From Trichomonas gallinae (lineage: Eukaryota): 49,692 nucleotides of DNA. The translations under genes and the position numbers were made by a program. The stretch covers positions 1 through 49,692 of the forward strand of contig MRSU01007394.1 in NCBI GenBank assembly GCA_008369845.1, written 5' to 3'. This document shows, piece by piece, positions 42,043 to 49,692 of the stretch. Each line of letters begins with the position of its first letter. Within the stretch, counting starts at the first letter, position 1. The notes under the pieces are model-generated. The model was not told the DNA's origin and ran no database searches. It worked only from the letters and a program-made list of their open reading frames with translations.

Positions 42043-45000
42043 ATGCCTCGCGACCTCGTTAATAGGCTGAGGGAGCTAAAAGAGCATTTGAAGTTCGAAA
42101 CAGAGACAACAAACAGGCGGAGAGAGTCTCCAAAGAAGACTCGTTCGCAATCTGTAAAAAGTCCAACAAAAACATCAAAGACAACGAAGCCAAACACTGC
42201 GCCTAAAGTTCAAAAAACCAAAAGAAAATCCGCTAATACTAAAAAATCAGTTCCAAAACCACAAGTTAATCCTATCGCGGATAAATTCGAGTTATTTTTA
42301 AAGAGAAGAGAGATAAATGAAGCGCTAGAAACGCTAAGACTCAAACAATTCTTCCAAAAATGGAAGAAGAACACAACTACACACATAAAATCAGATAAAA
42401 AAGAAATCTTTAACCAATTAATTACGATTCCGAAGCAGCCAGCTAAGCCAGAACCACAACCACCGAAAAAGAAGAATGTACTGAAAGAATACAAGCTCGA
42501 ACCTGGAAAAATCGCTTTGGCTGCTCAAAAATTCAAACAACTCAAGAAATATCGTGAAACTAAGTCAGCTCAAAAGAATGTTCCTACTTTCCAGCAGTCT
42601 TCTAAGCCAATTCCTTCTCCACCACCAAAACTCGAAAAGAGGTCTGATATCAAGACAAATCCACCATATACAGCTAAAATGCTACCTAAACAGGAGAAAC
42701 AAGAGGGAGAAAAGCCAAAGAGACCTTCTATTAAATCTAAATTCGAAATTCCAAAGATTAAAGTTCCAAGCTCGGATTCTGACGATGAATTGATCAGGTT
42801 TACCAATGAACTTTTGAGACAAAAGACAAGCTCGAAAGTTGGCCAACATTTGAAGGATATTGATGATGATTTCTCAGAATCTGATGATCAGGCTTCCAAA
42901 CCACCTAAGCCAATCTCACCAACGCAAAGCAAGCCTATTTCACAAAAGAACGAAATTATAATCGATTCAGACGACTCAGACCTCGAAATCGCGAATATTC
43001 TCAAGAGCGATCAGCTAAACAAGTCAAAGAAGACATTTTCTCAGAAGCTTCTCGGCTCAGATTCTGATGCTGGGTTAAATGCTGAAACTGAAATTCGTTT
43101 GCCTGCGAAATCGAAGATAGAAGAGCGTTCTTCTGACTCTGATGTCCTTAAAAATGCAATTCAGTCTGCACAACTTCACCTTGGAGCAAAGAAACAAGAG
43201 GAAAGCGATGATGATCTTGAAATGTTCTTGAAATCGCTTACAAAGCCAAAGATGGTCAATGCTGACGCAAATTATTCTAAGCAACAATCAACAAAGTCTT
43301 CAATGAGCGATTCTCCAAAGATTCAACCAAAGGATGAGTCAAACGACTCATTAGATGACTACCTTGCAAATATTTCTCTTTCCAAGAATCAAAGCGACAC
43401 AAAACAAGCTTCACCGCTTAAAGATGAAAATGATTCTGAAATTGAACAAATACAAGCTTGTATGCCAAAGCAAGAAACTAAGCCATCTGAGACTATATCG
43501 ACGAAGAATCAAGTTGAAATCTCAATTACAAAGAAATCTGATGAATATCCAATGCAAAAGAAAGAGATTCAAGTTCCAAAGAATAATACAATCATCACTC
43601 CAACACCGCAGCCTATTTCCTCTGAAGAAGATAAGAAATTCACTGAAATTAAATTGGATGAATCTGAAAACGCAAAAATTGACGACAGAGATAGCAGCGA
43701 TGAAGAATTCCTTGCGAAGTTCTCAAGAAAGAGTACTTCTTCTCGCAAAGAATCATCATCACAGAAAGAATCTCCAAAAATTCAGCAAGATAGTGATGAT
43801 AGCGACGAAGAGTTCATCAAGAGAATGTCTCAAATTGCCAAGAAGAAACTTAGCGATAGCAAAGACAGCTCAAACGTAGAACAATCAGATGATGACGAAA
43901 TTCAACCTGTGAACATTGTTAAAGCACAACAAGTCATCAAAGAAGCAAAGGAAGAACAAGTTGTTCAGCCAACAGCTGTTAAAATTGCTCTCAAACATGA
44001 AGATGAAGAAGAAGAGGACGAAATTATCACTGTTAAGAATTCATTGCATGAAGAGGAAGAAAATGAGGAAGAGGAAGACTTAGATACCAACCTTATCAAG
44101 TCTAAATACGGAAAATATGATGATGAAGATGATGAAATAGTTTATTCGAAGAAAGTTGATATAAATAAGTCATCAAAGATTGAACAAAAGACAGAAATCA
44201 AACCATCATTCGAAAACATTGAAGAAGAAGATAGTAAGTCTGATCACAATGAACCAGATGATGATGATGAAGAAATAAAATCACAGCACGATGAATCTGA
44301 TGATGATAAAAGAAAATTAGCGCAAATGAATAAATCTGATGCAGAGAGAATCCAACAAATGATGAAATCTGATAACATCACAAAGATTAAATCACAGAGA
44401 TCACAGAATGTTGATGAAGAAATCAATTTAAACGAAAAGAATGATAATGAAAAAGAAGAAGAGGAAGATGACATTGATTTATTCATCAAGAGTCTTGCAA
44501 ATAAGGCCAAAGCTTATTCAGAATCAGAATCACATGCTTCATCTGTCCACCAGAAATCAACTGAGGAAGAAGAAGTCAACAATGAAGAAGAAGAAGCTGA
44601 TGACATTGACAGTTTCATAAAGGGTCTCGGCCAGCGCCGCGAATCATTTAAATCTCAACAAGAGGAAGAAGAAGTCAAAGAAAAATCAAACGAAGAAGAG
44701 GAAGAAATCAAAGAAGAAAAGAAAACAGTTAAATCAGAAGAAGAGGAAAAGGCAGAATTTAATTTGACACAATCAGAGAAAATTGACGCAAATATCAAAC
44801 TCGATGATGAAGATGATGATGACAGCTTCATCAAGAACTTAACAAGAAGGAAAGAAATAGAGGCAACAAAAGATAATAAATCTGATGAAGAAGCTCATGA
44901 AGAAGAAGATGACGATGAAAATGAAAGCATTGATGATTTCCTTGCTAAACTGAAATCAAGCACAAAACAAGAAACAGAAAAAGAAGAGAAAATTAGCATA

Positions 45001-46662
45001 GCAAATGATGAGGAAGAAAGTGATGGAGAGTTTATTAAAAAACTATCTTTAAATAAGTTTAGCTTATCTAAACATAAATCAGAGGATAATGAAGAAGAAG
45101 ACAAAGTTGAAAAAGAAGAGGAAGTAAATATAAACATTGCAAATGATGAAGAAGAGAGTGATGGAGAATTCCTCAAAAACCTTGCGATGAATAAGTTTAG
45201 TTTGCCAAAACACGAATCAGAAGAAAATGAAGAAGAAGAAAAAGTTCCAGAAGCAGAAAAAATCAATATTGCAAATGACGAAGAAGAAAGTGATGGTGAG
45301 TTTATTAAGAATATTGTTCTGGAGAAGTTTAATTTACCAAAACAAAAACCAGAAAACGAAAAAGAAAACAAAGCTGAAAAGGATGTAAACATCAATATTG
45401 CAAATGATGATGAAGAAGAAAGTGACGATGAATTCATCAAAAACCTTGCAATGAATAAGTTTAGTTTGCCGAAGAACATATCAGAAGAAAATGAAGATGA
45501 AGACAAAGCCGAAAAAGATGTAAACTTAAACATTGCAAATGATGAAGAAGAAAGCGATGGAGAGATCATCAAGAATCTCGATGTTAAAAAGTTTAGTTTA
45601 TCTAAATATGAATCAGAAGGCGAAGAAGAGAAAGCTTCAGAAGATGAAAAAGCTAACACAGATAATGACGAGGAAGAAAGTGATGGAGATTTCCTTAAAA
45701 ATCTTGCTCTGAAGAAGTTTAGTCTGCCAAAACACGAATCGGAAAATGAAGAAGATAAACACGAAATAATGACAGCCAAGAAAGATGAAAAAGATTCCGA
45801 AGACGACAAAGATATTGAAGAGCTAAAGAATCCATATGATAAGAACATTAAAGAAGAAGGGGAAGAAGATCAGTTAGATGACGAAATTCTCAAGAATCTG
45901 AAAGCCAAGAATTTCTCATTAAGCAAAAGTAATGATGATGACTCCCTTAACAAACTGAAACTGAAGAAAATTGTCGATATTTCATCAGAAGAAGAAGAAA
46001 AAGTTGAAAAGGCTTCAGCAGACAAAGACATAAAATTAACTAATAATGATGAAGAAGAGAGTGATGATGAATACATCAATAAAATCATATCCAAGAAGTC
46101 ATCTACTGATAAAAAACAAGCAGTAGAACAAAAAGAAATAATGCAGTCAGATGAAGAAGAAGAGGAAGATGATGATGAATTCTTCAAGCAATTGGCTGCA
46201 AATCATGCTCAATTGAAGGTTGAAGAAGTCCACGAAAATGAAAATGATGTGGAAGACGAAGAAGAAGACATCAATGAGTTTTTGAAGAAGATCTCTACAA
46301 AAGAAAATCCGAAAACAGAAAAGGCAGAAGTTCACGAAGAAGAGGAAGACGATGATGACACATTCCTAAAGAAACTTGCTGAGAAACAAGCTGCCAACAA
46401 ATCTGATGATGACTCTAATGATGATATTGATGATTTCATCAGCAAACTCAAGGCAAGTCATGCAGAAAGATCACATGATGGTCACGAAGTCAAGGAAACC
46501 GAAGAAGAGGAAGATCTAGATGAATATCTTAAGAAGATTGATGATGGAGTCATCGCTGTGCACGGCGAAGAAGAAGATAGTGAATTAGATGAAGAGTTCC
46601 TTAATAATCTGATGAATAAGGAAGATAATTCTGATGACCTCAACTCACAAGATGAAGTTTAA
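42043..46662 (+). CDS. Large low-complexity protein: basic N-terminus and acidic repeat-rich C-terminus
   Basis: 1539-aa uninterrupted ORF. The first ~250 aa are K/P-rich; the rest is E/D/S-rich with recurrent DxF(I/L)xxL helices. Confidence 0.88.
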   Translation: MPRDLVNRLRELKEHLKFETETTNRRRESPKKTRSQSVKSPTKTSKTTKPNTAPKVQKTKRKSANTKKSVPKPQVNPIADKFELFLKRREINEALETLRLKQFFQKWKKNTTTHIKSDKKEIFNQLITIPKQPAKPEPQPPKKKNVLKEYKLEPGKIALAAQKFKQLKKYRETKSAQKNVPTFQQSSKPIPSPPPKLEKRSDIKTNPPYTAKMLPKQEKQEGEKPKRPSIKSKFEIPKIKVPSSDSDDELIRFTNELLRQKTSSKVGQHLKDIDDDFSESDDQASKPPKPISPTQSKPISQKNEIIIDSDDSDLEIANILKSDQLNKSKKTFSQKLLGSDSDAGLNAETEIRLPAKSKIEERSSDSDVLKNAIQSAQLHLGAKKQEESDDDLEMFLKSLTKPKMVNADANYSKQQSTKSSMSDSPKIQPKDESNDSLDDYLANISLSKNQSDTKQASPLKDENDSEIEQIQACMPKQETKPSETISTKNQVEISITKKSDEYPMQKKEIQVPKNNTIITPTPQPISSEEDKKFTEIKLDESENAKIDDRDSSDEEFLAKFSRKSTSSRKESSSQKESPKIQQDSDDSDEEFIKRMSQIAKKKLSDSKDSSNVEQSDDDEIQPVNIVKAQQVIKEAKEEQVVQPTAVKIALKHEDEEEEDEIITVKNSLHEEEENEEEEDLDTNLIKSKYGKYDDEDDEIVYSKKVDINKSSKIEQKTEIKPSFENIEEEDSKSDHNEPDDDDEEIKSQHDESDDDKRKLAQMNKSDAERIQQMMKSDNITKIKSQRSQNVDEEINLNEKNDNEKEEEEDDIDLFIKSLANKAKAYSESESHASSVHQKSTEEEEVNNEEEEADDIDSFIKGLGQRRESFKSQQEEEEVKEKSNEEEEEIKEEKKTVKSEEEEKAEFNLTQSEKIDANIKLDDEDDDDSFIKNLTRRKEIEATKDNKSDEEAHEEEDDDENESIDDFLAKLKSSTKQETEKEEKISIANDEEESDGEFIKKLSLNKFSLSKHKSEDNEEEDKVEKEEEVNINIANDEEESDGEFLKNLAMNKFSLPKHESEENEEEEKVPEAEKINIANDEEESDGEFIKNIVLEKFNLPKQKPENEKENKAEKDVNINIANDDEEESDDEFIKNLAMNKFSLPKNISEENEDEDKAEKDVNLNIANDEEESDGEIIKNLDVKKFSLSKYESEGEEEKASEDEKANTDNDEEESDGDFLKNLALKKFSLPKHESENEEDKHEIMTAKKDEKDSEDDKDIEELKNPYDKNIKEEGEEDQLDDEILKNLKAKNFSLSKSNDDDSLNKLKLKKIVDISSEEEEKVEKASADKDIKLTNNDEEESDDEYINKIISKKSSTDKKQAVEQKEIMQSDEEEEEDDDEFFKQLAANHAQLKVEEVHENENDVEDEEEDINEFLKKISTKENPKTEKAEVHEEEEDDDDTFLKKLAEKQAANKSDDDSNDDIDDFISKLKASHAERSHDGHEVKETEEEEDLDEYLKKIDDGVIAVHGEEEDSELDEEFLNNLMNKEDNSDDLNSQDEV
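44998..45780 (+). repeat. Intragenic tandem repeat of ~42-46 codons (IANDEEESDGEFIKNLxxxKFSLxK)
   Basis: Units at about 44998, 45136, 45268, 45397, 45532 and 45658, with looser copies further downstream (e.g. ~46039). Confidence 0.9.
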
Positions 46663-46837
46663 TAGCTGCAAAAAATTGTTTATTTAAAATTATGTATTTT
46701 ATTTATATCTCTACTGATTTTTTGCATTCTACGAGAAGAGGAGTTTGTTCTAATCAAATCATTTTTAACATTCGATATATTATGAGTTGATTTTATGTAG
46801 ATTATATTATAAGATGGAATTTTGGGTAAAAACTGTT

Positions 46838-48121
46838 TTACTTATGTTCACGAAGTACTTGTGATGCACAATGAGCACCGCCATACATCGCAGTGATTTC
46901 ATGGAAATCGAGGTAGTGGACTTCGCCGTCGAATCCATGAGCTTTGAGGGCTTTCTCGACAGTCGGGTTGATTGCGAAGACGATGTCCTTACCTTTCTTG
47001 TTCTTTCCGAGGTGGAGGAGGTTGATAAAGTACTCCTCTTGCTGCTTGAATGATGCCTGGACAACCTCGAAGCCCTCCTTCTTTAGCCACTGGCCGAATG
47101 GCATCTGGAGAACCTCCTTATAGCCATTGATGCCATCACGGTGGAACTCGCGCGCAATTCTGATGTACTTCGGGTCATCGACAGCTATTTTGTCGACGCA
47201 GACACACATCTTCTCTGATGCGACGTTGAAGTATGTGTCGAGATGCATTCTCTGCTGGTCCTTGTCGTAGAGGTCCTCGACAACAAGGAATCTGCGTGTT
47301 CCGAGAAGGTCCTGGTTCATGAGCTGCCTCGCTGCAGCCATATTTGTGCGCAATCCGACACCAAGCATCGCGCAATCTTCAGAAAGAGGGATGAAATCGC
47401 CTCCTTCGATTGTACCTGGTCCGTGGATCCTGCCAATTGGCTCTACACCGATCTCTGGCCATACAAGATTCATTAATTTATTTTCTTCACGGCGCTGCTG
47501 TGCTCCAAAGCGGCCAATAACGACACCTTTGGCTGTTGTGATCTGCTGGTCGCGTGTGAAAACAGTGTTTGCAAGCGGACGGAGTGGCAGTGTCTCGTAA
47601 TGGAAACCTGTCGACGAATTGTGGTCAACATCAATCTTAACCGATGGATGCATGAAGATGAGATCAATAATATGATCTTTAGAAAGCCTGCTGAGTGAGT
47701 AATCGATATATTCTTTCTTAATTTGTTTCCTTTGTTCTTCATTTGGCGATCCTGGTTGTAAGTCAAACGATAAATCGGTGAAATCTATCAATACAGAGCG
47801 CAATTTCTCGATTGGCATCAACTTTAATATTTCACGCACTGTCCAAACCTTTGCGCCGCACGCTTCATGAAGAGCTTTCCTGAACTTCTCGTGGCACTCA
47901 ACAGCTTTGTCAGGATCAGGCGGGTTTTCATATAGAAACGCGCTGAGATGAAATGGAAAACGAGTTTCGATTCCTGGGCAATGCGTGATAATATCCGTCG
48001 GCCTGTCAAACTCAGACACCTGACGGAATGATTTAACCAGCGGCTTAACAAGACTTTGCGATGAAAACCTAGAAATAGAACCAAGCATTAAATTTGAAGG
48101 AAACGATGAAAATACTCTCAA
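46838..48121 (-). CDS. ADI: Arginine deiminase (amidinotransferase superfamily) with hydrogenosomal-type leader
   Basis: QVSEFD, NTVFTRDQ, IEGGDF, RMHLDT and YGGAHCASQVLR (catalytic Cys). The N-terminus contains MLGSISRFS. Confidence 0.9.
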   Translation of the reverse strand: MRVFSSFPSNLMLGSISRFSSQSLVKPLVKSFRQVSEFDRPTDIITHCPGIETRFPFHLSAFLYENPPDPDKAVECHEKFRKALHEACGAKVWTVREILKLMPIEKLRSVLIDFTDLSFDLQPGSPNEEQRKQIKKEYIDYSLSRLSKDHIIDLIFMHPSVKIDVDHNSSTGFHYETLPLRPLANTVFTRDQQITTAKGVVIGRFGAQQRREENKLMNLVWPEIGVEPIGRIHGPGTIEGGDFIPLSEDCAMLGVGLRTNMAAARQLMNQDLLGTRRFLVVEDLYDKDQQRMHLDTYFNVASEKMCVCVDKIAVDDPKYIRIAREFHRDGINGYKEVLQMPFGQWLKKEGFEVVQASFKQQEEYFINLLHLGKNKKGKDIVFAINPTVEKALKAHGFDGEVHYLDFHEITAMYGGAHCASQVLREHK

Positions 48122-48915
48122 TTTTTTATCTTATAAAACAATCATATACCAATATTTATAGCAAATTATCAGATTTAAAAAAGTGACGTTTTCTCTATCA
48201 ATTGATAAAAGTGACACGATTTTTAAAATTTCTACAAAAATAACAAATATAATACATATGATATTTTTTGACAACAAAAATCAAACAATGCTGATTATTT
48301 GGATTGTAATGAGAAAATTTTGCAAAATCTTGGCAAATGAACTAGCGAATAGTTATGGCTAGCTCGATATAGCTTTGTTTCAAAAACAATTCCTAAGATT
48401 ATAGTGAATGCTTTTATTATAAGGGAGAAAAACAATAGAAACAAAAGTTCTCTTACGCTGAAATAAACTAAATAACGATTTTGATGCAAATAGTATTTCA
48501 AATAGTCCTTCTGTGAGAACTTTTGATTTGAAAAAAAATTCTCCACTGGAAAACTCACTGGAAGCTAAGCGGATAAACTGAGTATTGCTATAACTATGAT
48601 ATGACAATTATTTATCTTTTGATGAAATATTCGACAACAAATTCAATCATAGAAAGTGTGGTTTCAACATAACTATTATTGGCTCATAAATAGAGTAATA
48701 TTACAACAAGTTAAATCATGTCATTATCTCTTACACTTCAATCCATCAAAAGATTACTGAAAATACCAGCTGAAAAGGCAGCAACACCCATTATGCATAC
48801 AGCATCTGAATTTGAGAAATTATCCGCTTAATTTAATTTCCCATTTATTTATGCTGAGAATAATATTCCTCAATAATCATTTACTATAACTAATATAAAA
48901 ATATGTGTTTAGAAA

Positions 48916-49692
48916 CTAAAGCTCGTGATCATGATGGTGGTGGTGATGGTGTTCATGTCCATGATGATGGTGATGATCATGAGGATGTTCGGTCAAAGCC
49001 ATGCCAGCCATCCATGCTGCACCAATGAAAATGGCGATCAAGTGGAAAATCTTCTCGCGGGCAGTTCCGTGATGGATTTTTTCCAATGTTTCGCCGAGTT
49101 CATGGCATGCTATGAAAATAAAGATGCCAGCAGAAATGGCTACTGCAGATCCAGCAACTGTATCATTGAAGGACTTTCCAACATAGTCTGCAAGCATAAT
49201 TGTCGCCGGAGTAAGAATTGAATAGAAAATCATCATAATAAGGTATTTTGGCTTGGAAATCCTGCTCTTGAATATTTGCAGACCGAGAGAAAACACTTCT
49301 GCAGGGTAATGACCTCCTAATGCAAAAATCAAAGTTTTAATAACTTTGTATTCGCGAACAACTCCGATTGATGCTGCTTCCACGAATGAATGGAAGAGCA
49401 ATGCAATGTAAAGAGCGCTCGCTGATGTAGAATGTTGTCCGTGATTATGTTTATGCTTTTCTTTTTTGTCGTGATCATGTTCCTTATGCTTGTCATGTCC
49501 ATCACAGCAATCATGAGCATGACTGTGTGAGCTGAACGACTCTAGAACAAACATTAAGACAAACCCGAGAAGTGACAATAAAGGACCGAGAGGAATTTCA
49601 AAATGTTCGAGTTCATGGATACCTTCAGGGAATAAATGAACTAAAGCGCATCCAATGAAAACGCCTCCTGAGAATGAATCGAGTATAGACAT
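48916..49692 (-). CDS. ZIP-family zinc/iron permease, probably 5'-truncated by the window edge
   Basis: FSGGVFIGCALVHLFPEG, a His-rich loop, LLFHSFVEAASIG, GHYPAEVFSLG, AISAGIFIFIACHEL, and a His-rich tail. TM1 is not visible. Confidence 0.93.
   Translation of the reverse strand: MSILDSFSGGVFIGCALVHLFPEGIHELEHFEIPLGPLLSLLGFVLMFVLESFSSHSHAHDCCDGHDKHKEHDHDKKEKHKHNHGQHSTSASALYIALLFHSFVEAASIGVVREYKVIKTLIFALGGHYPAEVFSLGLQIFKSRISKPKYLIMMIFYSILTPATIMLADYVGKSFNDTVAGSAVAISAGIFIFIACHELGETLEKIHHGTAREKIFHLIAIFIGAAWMAGMALTEHPHDHHHHHGHEHHHHHHHDHEL

Noticed and set aside
44895..46187. 317-aa and 105-aa Ser/Phe-rich antisense ORFs
   Set aside because: Mirror of the GAA/GAT-rich acidic protein on the + strand.
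48740..48812. Minus-strand peptide SDAVCIMGVAAFSAGIFSNLL resembling a transporter helix
   Set aside because: Too short and flanked by stops; indistinguishable from chance without a search.

Overview
Gene-dense, AT-rich eukaryotic DNA with no introns that I could detect. It is very likely Trichomonas vaginalis or a close parabasalid, inferred from the gene families, the M2/M3/M5/Inr-type core promoter motifs and an arginine deiminase with a hydrogenosomal-type leader. The window holds about 19 intact CDS: a BEACH-WD40 protein, a FOR20/FOP-like TOF-LisH protein, an LRR protein, a transmembrane PAS/degenerate-cyclase protein, two paralogous small putative transcription regulators, an RRM protein, an R2R3 Myb, RPS15A, a DHHC palmitoyltransferase, a MYST acetyltransferase, RPS18, a CFAP221-like protein, a PP1-like phosphatase, a GT-C-like membrane protein, a TTLL, a very large acidic repeat protein, arginine deiminase and a ZIP transporter. 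It also holds four copies, in varying states of decay, of a Cys/Asn/Ser-rich putative beta-helix gene, one of them joined to a remnant of a BEACH gene tail. Non-coding structure includes an array of TTTACATGTCA motifs at near-helical spacing, a 4 x ~113 bp tandem repeat and a 25-bp-stem hairpin. I found no tRNA, rRNA, CRISPR array or recognisable transposon. I cannot demonstrate a wholly new biological system. The best leads are the small '...LLN' regulator family, the TTTAC-TGTCA cis element, the birth-and-death of the beta-helix family and the multivalent acidic-helix scaffold. All homology calls are recalled motif matches, not database searches.
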